Shown in pieces: positions 56,433-64,000 of a DNA stretch of 64,000 nucleotides. Location: positions 62,001 through 126,000 of IMG/VR virus record IMGVR_UViG_3300025133_009608; one strand, 5' to 3'. The notes below the pieces were generated by a model. That model was not told where the DNA came from, made no database searches, and saw only the letters and a list, made by a program, of their open reading frames with translations. The position numbers and the translations under genes were made by a program. How positions within the stretch are numbered: position 1 is the first letter of the stretch; each line of letters begins with the position of its first letter.

Positions 56433-56687
56433 TTACTCTACCGTTGTGGTGCTAGACTCAGTTGTACCAGTTGTGGTGCTAGACTCAGTTGTACCAGTTG
56501 TGGTGCTAGACTCAGTTGTACCAGTTGTGGTGCTAGACTCAGTTGCCTCTGATGCCTCAGGAGCATCTACCGAAGATGCTGGCTCAAATGAACACGTTCC
56601 AAACACGGAGCCGACAACTAACACGCCGCCAACAATGGCAGCCTTAACTTGCCACTTGGCAACCCATTCTTTTACTTTTGCAAACAT
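56433..56687 (-). CDS. Small membrane-anchored Ser/Thr-rich repeat protein
   Basis: Hydrophobic AAIVGGVLVVGSVFGTC followed by repeated TESSTTTGT. Confidence 0.7.
   Translation of the reverse strand: MFAKVKEWVAKWQVKAAIVGGVLVVGSVFGTCSFEPASSVDAPEASEATESSTTTGTTESSTTTGTTESSTTTGTTESSTTTVE
56443..56545. repeat. 27-bp tandem repeat x3.8 (in frame, encodes TTESSTTTG)
   Basis: GTTGTGGTGCTAGACTCAGTTGTACCA at 56443, 56470 and 56497, partial at 56524. Confidence 0.95.
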
Positions 56688-56784
56688 AACTTGATCCTTT
56701 ATAATATTAAAGTAATTTTACCATTTTAACGACTTAATTGCAATTAAAATGATAGGTCATTCTACTTAATTTTTCGAAAAATAA

Positions 56785-57444
56785 TCAACTATTTTCCGAC
56801 CGCAACCTAACCACGCCGTCGGAAATGTCAACCCAACTTGTATGAGCCACCCAATCGCCCGAATTACAGAATGTCTTTATCTCTCCCTTTTCGTCAACCC
56901 AAATTATACATTCTGGGATATGAGAGTGACCTACAATGAGTACATCGACATCGTCATTCCTGTGCAGGATGTCCCATACTCTTCTTAGTTTTCTTTTTTT
57001 AAGCTTACGATTAACATACCATGTAGTTAGATCCCATCCAAATTTTCGCTCCATCCAGTCATGAAAAATCGACAGTATCCTTATCCAAAAGTCCATGTGA
57101 ACAATTCCGGAGTCATACTGATCCCCGTGCTCTATTCTGAATCTTCTCCCACCTTCTTCAAACTCAAATTTATCCACAAAAGAAATCCCCTTTACGGCTT
57201 TGCCGATAAGGGGCTTGAACGAAAAGTCATGATTGCCAACGATATATATTATATCTTTTGAGTAATCTATCGCCTCCAGTATATCTATCGCTCTCTCTGT
57301 AAATAATGGAATCTTAATAAAATCAATTATATCTCCGGCCAAGATTAATTGGTCGTACTCTTCTTTTTTTAAGAAAGAAGCCAAAGCCTTTCCGTTATAA
57401 TGAAGGCTTCCTATGTGAGTGTCAGATATAACTATTCTTTTCAT
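56785..57444 (-). CDS. Calcineurin-like metallophosphoesterase, LpxH/YbbF-like
   Basis: ISDTHIG, AGDIID, VGNHD, EHGDQYD, VGHSHIP, NSGDW. Confidence 0.85.
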   Translation of the reverse strand: MKRIVISDTHIGSLHYNGKALASFLKKEEYDQLILAGDIIDFIKIPLFTERAIDILEAIDYSKDIIYIVGNHDFSFKPLIGKAVKGISFVDKFEFEEGGRRFRIEHGDQYDSGIVHMDFWIRILSIFHDWMERKFGWDLTTWYVNRKLKKRKLRRVWDILHRNDDVDVLIVGHSHIPECIIWVDEKGEIKTFCNSGDWVAHTSWVDISDGVVRLRSENS

Positions 57445-57449
57445 TCTAT

Positions 57450-57809
57450 TTATTCTACTTCATCTGAAGATTCTTCGCTCAAAGAATCCCCCTCTACATC
57501 GGCTGGCGGGTTTTTAATAGCTTCTTCTTTTGCTATTTTCATCTCCTTCTTTTTCTCGGCCCGCTCAATTCTTGATAGCTTTCCGGTTATTCTTTCTGCT
57601 GCAAATGTCAGCTCATCTTCGTCCAACCCTGCGGCAAAAAAGTAAAGAGCAGCCTTTCCGCCCTCAGTTAGTCCCCGCTCCAACTCCTCCAGCCTTGCGG
57701 TTAAAGAGTTAATCTCCATCATTTCTCGAAGAAGCTCCTGGCCGGAGGATAAAAGCTTTTTATCATCTGAGTTATCGATCATGGATCTGAAGTCATCAAG
57801 TCTGGACAT
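57450..57809 (-). CDS. Hypothetical helical protein
   Basis: GAGG RBS; 119 aa. Confidence 0.55.
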   Translation of the reverse strand: MSRLDDFRSMIDNSDDKKLLSSGQELLREMMEINSLTARLEELERGLTEGGKAALYFFAAGLDEDELTFAAERITGKLSRIERAEKKKEMKIAKEEAIKNPPADVEGDSLSEESSDEVE

Positions 57810-57878
57810 ATTTGCCTCTATTAATAATTTGGTCTGAATGGGATTATAGTATTATAATGATAAGGTTTTAGATTTACA

Positions 57879-59363
57879 ATGAAAATTAGCGCAAACTACA
57901 AGAAAGATATACGCAACTTAGGTGAAGCATTTCAGTCTTTAAATATGACGTCTGCCTCTGTAAAGCTTGCTGGAATGCTAAAAACATCTTCCTACGAAAC
58001 GCTCTCCGGGGAACATAACGAGTACCAACTATGGACTTCCGTAATTGACGAGTGTATGAAGCCACCACCCTCGGCAATTCAAACTGCCGCCGAAACATAC
58101 CTAAGGCCCGGCTCAGATGCTATGACAAACACGCCGCCGCCGGAATCTCTGGATCAAGATGAAATAAGAGAGTCTATAGCTATAGTAGAGGAAAACGATA
58201 TAGATCTTGAGAATATATCCACTGCGTGTATAAACTACATGAAAATAGAAAAGAACTTATATAAAACGGCTAGTTTAAATCAAGCCATGTCTTGGCGCAG
58301 AACTATGGAGCTAGCAGCAAGGGCGGCTCTAGAAGAAGCAGAAAGAGTAATGCCAAACTCTATTTCAAAAGAAGAGATAAAGCTAGCATCTGTTCAGGCG
58401 GGGCTTCTCTTTACAAAAGAGCGGCTCGAAAAAAGAGGCTCATGGACCTCTCCAATAAGATGGATTGGAAACAAAGTAAAAGGAGCACTTGGATTAGTAA
58501 AAAGAGCCCTTGGAAGGCTGCTTCCTGTTATTGGAGTGGTCGCCTCTATTTACTTTGCATATGACTCCTGGAAAAAGTGGAGAAAAGAAATAAACTTTAT
58601 ATTTACAGACCTAGACGCTGGAAGCTACGGAATAACTCAGATGGATACATGGTTCGTGTCGGGGCTATCTGAAAAAATAAATTCTGGCTTATCTGACAAA
58701 ATGAACATAACTCTTTCTCCGAGTGAAACTCCAAGCTGCGAAGGGACTTCAGAGTGTGGATGGAAATACGTTGAAGAGCCACCCGAAGAGGTTTCGTTTA
58801 GTGAAATGGTAGAAGATATGGGAGAAATATTTACCGGAGGAGGCGAGATTGTTAGGCCGGAGTTTATCGAAGGTGGATCGCGACCCTTTAGGTCTAATAC
58901 TGGAAACCCATCTGATTTTATATCACTTGCGGCACTAAACACATCATGTGAAGCCATAATGGTTCATGCTTATTATTTGCTAGAAAATATAATTATGGGA
59001 ATTGTAAGCCTCTGGGCGCTGATTGTCGAAATAATTGCAGTTCTTGGAGCAGTAACCGCTCCGATTGCAGGTATAGCCGCAGCAATTGACTTGGTTGTAT
59101 CAACCGCCGCAATGCAACAAGGATGGGCGAGAAGAAAGAAGCTAAGAGCCGGATTTACAAACAATAGAAACTTTATATTTGGCGTTGCAGGAGAGAATCA
59201 GCAAAGGATTAATAGCCTCACTTATGGGTTCAGTATAGAAGAGGCCAGGAATGAAGCTATAAACCAAACTGAACCGGCGAATAATACTCCGGACATTAAC
59301 CTGATGCCAACGGCGATAAGAGGCGGAGTCGCCGCCCTCAGAGCAGCTGCAAGCCTAAGCTAA
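57879..59363 (+). CDS. Only plus-strand gene: 494-aa protein with two hydrophobic regions and K-x-A/S motifs
   Basis: Long ORF divergent from 57809; RLLPVIGVVASIYFAY and IIMGIVSLWALIVEIIAVLGAVTAPIAGIAAAIDLVV; KTSS, KTAS, KLAS. Confidence 0.75.
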   Translation: MKISANYKKDIRNLGEAFQSLNMTSASVKLAGMLKTSSYETLSGEHNEYQLWTSVIDECMKPPPSAIQTAAETYLRPGSDAMTNTPPPESLDQDEIRESIAIVEENDIDLENISTACINYMKIEKNLYKTASLNQAMSWRRTMELAARAALEEAERVMPNSISKEEIKLASVQAGLLFTKERLEKRGSWTSPIRWIGNKVKGALGLVKRALGRLLPVIGVVASIYFAYDSWKKWRKEINFIFTDLDAGSYGITQMDTWFVSGLSEKINSGLSDKMNITLSPSETPSCEGTSECGWKYVEEPPEEVSFSEMVEDMGEIFTGGGEIVRPEFIEGGSRPFRSNTGNPSDFISLAALNTSCEAIMVHAYYLLENIIMGIVSLWALIVEIIAVLGAVTAPIAGIAAAIDLVVSTAAMQQGWARRKKLRAGFTNNRNFIFGVAGENQQRINSLTYGFSIEEARNEAINQTEPANNTPDINLMPTAIRGGVAALRAAASLS

Positions 59364-59474
59364 GTACCAATCAAGCCAGCTCTTTTCCCATTCCTCTTTC
59401 GAGACTTGAAACTTTCTCTTACCTCGAAATATAAAATACAAAACCTTAGCCGCCCGACTCTCCTTGCTTAACAT
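59355..59474 (-). CDS. Unannotated 39-aa ORF MLSKESRAAKVLYFIFRGKRKFQVSKEEWEKSWLDWYLA
   Basis: Strong GGAGGAG RBS 6 nt before the ATG; overlaps the end of the 59446 gene and converges on the plus-strand gene. Confidence 0.45.
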   Translation of the reverse strand: MLSKESRAAKVLYFIFRGKRKFQVSKEEWEKSWLDWYLA

Positions 59475-60267
59475 TAAGTTCTCCTCCATGATGCTGCATC
59501 TTTAGTCGCAGTATCCTGTCCAATTCGCCAGAAATAGTAGAAAGATCCAAATGATACGGAATCTCATCTGCTGGAAGTCTCGCCACAAGTTCCTGAAGAA
59601 TGTGACTATAGCTCCAACCGCCTAGCAGTCCATTATCGTTTGAATTGGTCATTTCATTTCTTATTCTTTCTATGCCGTCTATCGGGGATAAAGTAGAGTT
59701 TATAAGAGCCTCTCTTTTTATCCAGTAGTTAGAATCAGTCACAAGATCATCAGCACAGTTAGCGATTCCAATTCTCTTAATCACAGCACACCTGACAGCG
59801 TAGCTACTATCGCCCATCATCTTTTTCAAAACAGAAACAGGCACAATCTTAGATGCCCTCAGTCTAGCCCTCTGGTCTTTAGACCTAACTCCTCGCTTTG
59901 CAGCACGAAGCATATCTTTTCCACAAGTATTATCCAGAGTTGCCGAAAGAAATAATCCAACAGATTTGTCTATTAGAATGTTCTTGGCCTCAAGAGACAC
60001 ATTACATAAGTCTTTTGTGAGAAAGAATATCAAATAACCATACGGGCGGGGTGAGGAGCGGCTACACACATAGGAGGGGTATTTTATCCAATACTTATTT
60101 GAAACCAGTGCCTTAAGCCTCTTGAGATCACATAGAGCCCATTCCAATATCTTATCGTTGTCAAATGAGCTCCGGTAGGCATAAGACATCACCGCGTCCT
60201 TTCTCGCTCCTTGTACTACTTTTATAAAATCCGTGATAACCCTAGACTGCTTAATCTTTTTTGACAT
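59446..60267 (-). CDS. Helical-repeat (HEAT-like) family protein D
   Basis: RSKDQRAR...KRIGIANCADDLVTDSNYWIK; GGAGGGG RBS; similar to the 44238 gene. Confidence 0.6.
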   Translation of the reverse strand: MSKKIKQSRVITDFIKVVQGARKDAVMSYAYRSSFDNDKILEWALCDLKRLKALVSNKYWIKYPSYVCSRSSPRPYGYLIFFLTKDLCNVSLEAKNILIDKSVGLFLSATLDNTCGKDMLRAAKRGVRSKDQRARLRASKIVPVSVLKKMMGDSSYAVRCAVIKRIGIANCADDLVTDSNYWIKREALINSTLSPIDGIERIRNEMTNSNDNGLLGGWSYSHILQELVARLPADEIPYHLDLSTISGELDRILRLKMQHHGGELNVKQGESGG

Positions 60268-60391
60268 CCCTAAATCCCCTCCTATTGCTCAAGAACAAAC
60301 AATAAACAAGAACACAAACAGTAGACCAATAAGCCGCCGAAGATGCCTTTGAAAATGTTGCCTCTGCTTTTTTAAAAATTCGAGTTCTCAT
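60251..60391 (-). CDS. Possible 46-aa membrane peptide immediately after element copy 4
   Basis: MRTRIFKKAEATFSKASSAAYWSTVCVLVYCLFLSNRRGFRDVKKD; no Shine-Dalgarno sequence. Confidence 0.3.
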   Translation of the reverse strand: MRTRIFKKAEATFSKASSAAYWSTVCVLVYCLFLSNRRGFRDVKKD

Positions 60392-60402
60392 CTTATACAC
60401 CA

Positions 60403-60431
60403 ATAATAAATCGAGATTATTTATATCAAAA
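60403..60431 (-). promoter_or_regulatory. Conserved 29-bp element, copy 4
   Basis: ATAATAAATCGAGATTATTTATATCAAAA, identical to copy 3. Confidence 0.8.
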
Positions 60432-60460
60432 TTTATTGACTACCGAATAGATGCAAGAAA

Positions 60461-60907
60461 TCAAGTGGAGCTATCAATTATTTTAAATATCCTTCCGAAC
60501 TTAGTAAACTTCTTTCCATTTACTGCAAGGCTTGCGAGCATCAATAAAAACTCCCCCTCTCCATCTCTTGAGTTAGGGAACCTATCGGACCAGTACGCTT
60601 CTAGTACTTCTAATCTTCCATCCCACTTTAACAAAAAGTCCGCTGTGGTCATTCCGGTTAATGCAAAAAAATAACTCTCATAATCAACAAGTGTTATTAG
60701 ATTTTTTCCCTCTCTCTTCGACCATTCTTTGTCTGAGTTCTCGATCTTTTTAGAAGTGGAGCCATAAGAAATAACAAACTTTCCGTCAATGTTTTTTAGC
60801 TCCGACTCTACCCAGCCAAACTCTACTTTGTTCTTATCCACCCGCGATTCGAAATAAGAATAAACCTTATTAATCCTATGCTTCTTTAGGAGCTGTTCCG
60901 GCGTCAT
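60461..60907 (-). CDS. Hypothetical protein
   Basis: 148-aa ORF with GGAGG RBS. Confidence 0.55.
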   Translation of the reverse strand: MTPEQLLKKHRINKVYSYFESRVDKNKVEFGWVESELKNIDGKFVISYGSTSKKIENSDKEWSKREGKNLITLVDYESYFFALTGMTTADFLLKWDGRLEVLEAYWSDRFPNSRDGEGEFLLMLASLAVNGKKFTKFGRIFKIIDSST

Positions 60908-61991
60908 TACTGTCCTCCGTATTTTCGGCCTCTGCCTCTGGCTTAAATGCAGAGCAAATAGAAGATACCATGTACTCTGCTACAATGTATGGATCTGCAT
61001 TACTTCCGGGGCGACGATCCTCCAGATACCCTCGGCCACTCTTCTCTACGTGCCACGGTATTCGAACCGAAGCCCCGCGATCAGAAACTCCATAAGAATA
61101 ACTATCAATTGCCGAAGTTTCATGCAAACCAGTTAAGCGATCTGAAAGGCCAGAGCCATACACTTCTGAAATACGATCCACGTTAGACTGAAGGCCAAGA
61201 GCCTTACACCCCGCCTCAACGTAACGTAATCCTCCATCACTTCTCATCTCAGAAGTTGAGAAATTAGCGTGCATACCACTTCCGTTCCAATCCCCGCTCA
61301 CCGGCTTTTGCGCAAGCTCGATAGAGACTCCTTCCTTTTCTCCAAGCCTTTCCATTAAATATCTTGCTACAATCAGATGATCGCAAGCAACGAGGGCATT
61401 AACTGATGGGCCTCCAACTTGATACTCCCATTGTCCCAGTGCCACCTCTGCGTTTACCCCGGTTATAGATAGACCGGCGCCCAAACAGGATGTCAAATGA
61501 CTCTCAACGATATCTCTTGCCACAACATTACTGGCTCCGACGGCGCAATAATATGGACCTTGAGGTCGAGGCTCAGTTCCATCCTCTGGCCAGCCAAGGA
61601 TTCGTCCGTCTTTCATAAAGAAATATTCCTGCTCAAATCCGATGACAGGCGCTCTTTCAATATGCTGATTAATAGCAGCCACAAGCGGCGCTCTAGTATT
61701 CGAAGAGTGCGGGCTAAAATCTACGTTTAAAACATCACATAAAACAATCACAGCATTTGCCCTGTTAGGATCAGCACAAACAAACACGGGGCGCAAAACC
61801 CGGTCCGAAGAACCAGTAACCGCCTGTTGGGTGCTTGAGCCGTCAAACCCCCATACTGGAAAATCAGAAAGAGTAATTGCATCTCCCTCTTCTTTTCTAA
61901 TGGAGTTTACCATCGTCTTTGATCTCAAGGATGGTTCCGGCCTTGATCCGTCAAGCCAAACGTATTCGCATCGAAAAATTGTATTAGACAT
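60876..61991 (-). CDS. glnII: Glutamine synthetase type II
   Basis: EYVWLDG, LRSKT, WGFDGSST, FEQEY, GPYYC, NAEV..GQWEYQVG, GDWNGSGMHANFST, RLTGLHET, RGASVRIP, GYLEDRRP; 371-aa GSII length. Confidence 0.93.
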   Translation of the reverse strand: MSNTIFRCEYVWLDGSRPEPSLRSKTMVNSIRKEEGDAITLSDFPVWGFDGSSTQQAVTGSSDRVLRPVFVCADPNRANAVIVLCDVLNVDFSPHSSNTRAPLVAAINQHIERAPVIGFEQEYFFMKDGRILGWPEDGTEPRPQGPYYCAVGASNVVARDIVESHLTSCLGAGLSITGVNAEVALGQWEYQVGGPSVNALVACDHLIVARYLMERLGEKEGVSIELAQKPVSGDWNGSGMHANFSTSEMRSDGGLRYVEAGCKALGLQSNVDRISEVYGSGLSDRLTGLHETSAIDSYSYGVSDRGASVRIPWHVEKSGRGYLEDRRPGSNADPYIVAEYMVSSICSAFKPEAEAENTEDSNDAGTAPKEA

Positions 61992-62036
61992 TATTTGCCT
62001 CTCCTGTTTTCTCTATTGGGGGATATTTTACCAAAA

Positions 62037-62873
62037 CTATCTAAGTAGATCTTCAAAAACTTTAAAAAATTCTTCGCCATAGGGCTCATCGAGAATTGAG
62101 GAAAACCCCATTCTCTCAAAAGATTCTATAATTTTTTCCCTATTAAAACTTGAATCCGAGAAAACAATCTCAGATGAAACCGAAGAAAGATCAGCAAGCT
62201 TTATTAGGGAATAGCTTAATTCATAAGCTTTTCGAAATGATTCATCCAGCAGTCTAGACTCCAACTCGCTTGGCTGATTTAGAATCTTTGAGGCAGTCTT
62301 CTTCCCAATCCTACTAACCCCTGGAATATTATCTGCACGATCCCCTACCATTGCCTTCCACGAAACATAATCATAATCCGTGTTCTCTCTATACTTTTTG
62401 GCAATTGGATTCCATAACCTAACATTGTTTGGAAACTCATTTAGTATTTGAATAAAATCAGTATCAGAAGATACAACAACGACATCATCATCAAAGTGCA
62501 TATTTTTTACTACGAAATAAATAACATCATCAGCCTCATTGTCCGGATGCCCAACTACGGTCAGGGGAAAATCCTTCCTAAGAAGAGAATAAATAATATC
62601 TTTCTGTCGTGAGAAGGATGCCCAGTAATCAGCCGACTCCGGATCATCCCTCCTTCTGTTCGCCTTGTACTCTGGAAACATCCTTAGCCTAGAAACCGGA
62701 CTGCCATCAAAAGTAAAGTATACTTTATCTGGAGAGAAGTGCAGTAGAAGGGGCTTTATAATTCTAAAAAAATTATAAACAATTTGGAACTCACCCTCTG
62801 CATCTCCGCCGCCCCACTGGAATCGACAACGGTGTATCATATTGTAACCATCTATAACAAGTATTCTATTCAA
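62037..62873 (-). CDS. 5'-3' exonuclease / flap endonuclease (PolA N-terminal or phage RNase H type)
   Basis: LVIDGYN, YKANR, EADDVI, SSDTDFIQ, GDRADNIPGVSRIGKKTA. Confidence 0.92.
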   Translation of the reverse strand: MNRILVIDGYNMIHRCRFQWGGGDAEGEFQIVYNFFRIIKPLLLHFSPDKVYFTFDGSPVSRLRMFPEYKANRRRDDPESADYWASFSRQKDIIYSLLRKDFPLTVVGHPDNEADDVIYFVVKNMHFDDDVVVVSSDTDFIQILNEFPNNVRLWNPIAKKYRENTDYDYVSWKAMVGDRADNIPGVSRIGKKTASKILNQPSELESRLLDESFRKAYELSYSLIKLADLSSVSSEIVFSDSSFNREKIIESFERMGFSSILDEPYGEEFFKVFEDLLR

Positions 62874-63025
62874 AACAATCTCCTAGGTGGGGCGCAAGTA
62901 GCGTAAGCAGCATAAGGCATAATGCCCATGAATATATTCGAATATAGTATATTTCTTTAGCTGCTTTCGATAAGTAAAATATACCGAGCGTTCTTGTTTT
63001 TTCAAGTGCTCTTTTGGATTTAGTT

Positions 63026-63064
63026 AAAAAAATAGCCACGATGGACTTAATCCGTCGCGGCTAT
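63026..63064 (-). terminator. Rho-independent terminator
   Basis: Minus-strand stem AUAGCCGCGACGGA / UCCAUCGUGGCUAU followed by a U run. Confidence 0.75.
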
Positions 63065-63089
63065 TCTGCCGAACACCTCTTACGAGGGT

Positions 63090-63293
63090 CTATTCTTCCA
63101 GATTAGAGTTTAGAAAGCTCTGAAGAGTTTTTGCCTCACGGATAGTCATGCTGACCCGCTGATTTGGAATTCTCCAATCTTCCGAATTGACAGTGATATC
63201 AAGACGGTTGCTTCCGGCCTTCTTTCTGGTATCGTTATCTCGAAGAGACAAGCTAAGCCCCTTCGTTTGATGGGCGCTCTTTTTTGCGGGCAT
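63090..63293 (-). CDS. Small hypothetical protein
   Basis: AAGGAG RBS; 67 aa; followed by a terminator. Confidence 0.6.
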   Translation of the reverse strand: MPAKKSAHQTKGLSLSLRDNDTRKKAGSNRLDITVNSEDWRIPNQRVSMTIREAKTLQSFLNSNLEE

Positions 63294-63431
63294 GTTAGTT
63301 CTCCTTTTTTGTATTGAAAATCATTATCTTTTTTGGTGCCGACGAACTCTGCGTAGGCTTTTTCGAGACAACTTCGTTGTTTTTTGTTTGATTATTGTTT
63401 TTTCGAGTATTATTCAATCTCAACCTCTTCG

Positions 63432-63812
63432 TTAGTTTTCTTCATCTAAAAGTGCAGAGTCTATTCCCCAGCCCCTTCCGGCTCCAACCATATTATGAGG
63501 AATAATTCCTCCCATGGTCTTTGCCTCAAAGGACACAGCTCCAGTTTGAGCAAGATCATTTGGCTCGCACTTTTCTCTTAAATAAGATAAAGACATTATA
63601 TACAGACTCTCTGTAATTAACGCTCCATCTTCTATAGAAACCTTGTGAGAATCGAGGACTCCCAGTAGTTCTTCTATAATCGTTTCAAAGTATGCAAGAT
63701 TTTCTTTATTTATCATCTGTAAGCCAGCCTGGGTTGTAGCGACTGAGTGACGCAATTTCATTTGTGAACGCCCTATTTCCAGAGGCGTCTGCTGTTTTAT
63801 AAATAACTTCAA
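63432..63812 (-). CDS. Hypothetical protein (likely true start MINKENL near 63716)
   Basis: The internal ATG removes most of the overlap with the 63706 gene. Confidence 0.5.
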   Translation of the reverse strand: MKLFIKQQTPLEIGRSQMKLRHSVATTQAGLQMINKENLAYFETIIEELLGVLDSHKVSIEDGALITESLYIMSLSYLREKCEPNDLAQTGAVSFEAKTMGGIIPHNMVGAGRGWGIDSALLDEEN

Positions 63813-63978
63813 GAGAATTCATATCAACCTTTTCTACAATCCCTCTTTCGAGGGTGTTGTTATTTTTTCTTATAGTTATGGAGTCTCCTGGATTAAAATC
63901 CTTAATAAAGAAGCACCGATGCTTGTCGAAGGGATACCCCTTCATTTTTGTGAGATTTGAATTCTTTTTATCTTTCAT
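63706..63978 (-). CDS. Hypothetical protein (SH3-like beta pattern)
   Basis: FNPGDSITIR.....ERGIVEKVD. Confidence 0.5.
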   Translation of the reverse strand: MKDKKNSNLTKMKGYPFDKHRCFFIKDFNPGDSITIRKNNNTLERGIVEKVDMNSLEVIYKTADASGNRAFTNEIASLSRYNPGWLTDDK

Positions 63979-64000
63979 ATTATTTTCTTTCTTCTCCGCT

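Noticed and set aside
56443-56545. 27-bp repeats as a CRISPR array
   Set aside because: No spacers; contiguous, in frame and inside a coding sequence.
41057-60431. 29-bp element as a dif/Xer-like recombination site (ATAA-N7-TTAT core, FtsK nearby)
   Set aside because: The spacer is 7 rather than 6 nt, the right arm matches the XerD consensus at only about 6/11, one copy has a spacer mismatch, and direct orientation would delete useful genes. Its position before start codons fits a promoter better.
1399-62082. Numerous plus-strand ORFs in the track (e.g. 16685-17290, 24254-24709, 3476-3910) and nested minus-strand ORFs
   Set aside because: They are antisense or out-of-frame shadows of well-supported genes, with no motifs or RBS.
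1-64000. Bacterial chromosome origin (recA, dnaE, groEL, purA, hup present)
   Set aside because: The homologues are divergent and not in host operon context (no groES, no ribosomal or rim genes by khpA). They are mixed with gp32-like SSB, fibre genes and many orphans on one strand.
1-64000. Stop-codon reassignment
   Set aside because: Conserved genes are full length under code 11, and TAA, TAG and TGA all end genes.

Overview
64-kb segment of a large (jumbo/huge) dsDNA bacteriophage genome, or a phage-like element, read with the standard bacterial code. GC is moderate (about 40-45% by eye), genes are densely packed and often overlap at start/stop, and every credible gene but one (57879-59363) is on the minus strand. 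1-28.5 kb is a replication/recombination/transcription block of bacterial-type enzymes: Toprim-only primase, RecA, GroEL, RuvC-like resolvase, gp32-like SSB, DnaE, a 2216-aa orphan, a sigma factor, a Cas4-like nuclease, intein-containing SbcC plus SbcD, a stand-alone CHC2 zinc finger and an FtsK motor. 28.5-34.3 kb holds two tail-fibre/adhesin-like genes. 34-47 kb holds host-takeover and metabolic genes: HU, KhpA, Hsp20, a degenerate ThyX, M16 peptidase, VWA+MoxR, GMP-reductase/IMPDH family, DHH and PurA. 47.5-59.4 kb holds orphans sharing a helical KLA..LD..G..AD.LD / K-x-A motif, plus a second GroEL. The right end holds glutamine synthetase II and a 5'-3' exonuclease. The strongest non-obvious signals are a 29-bp intergenic element in four near-identical copies, the shared motif family, an apparently split primase, two divergent chaperonins with no GroES in the window, and a possible G-to-A purine rebalancing pathway. 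All assignments come from motif recognition by eye; no database searches were run. No tRNA, rRNA or CRISPR array was recognised.
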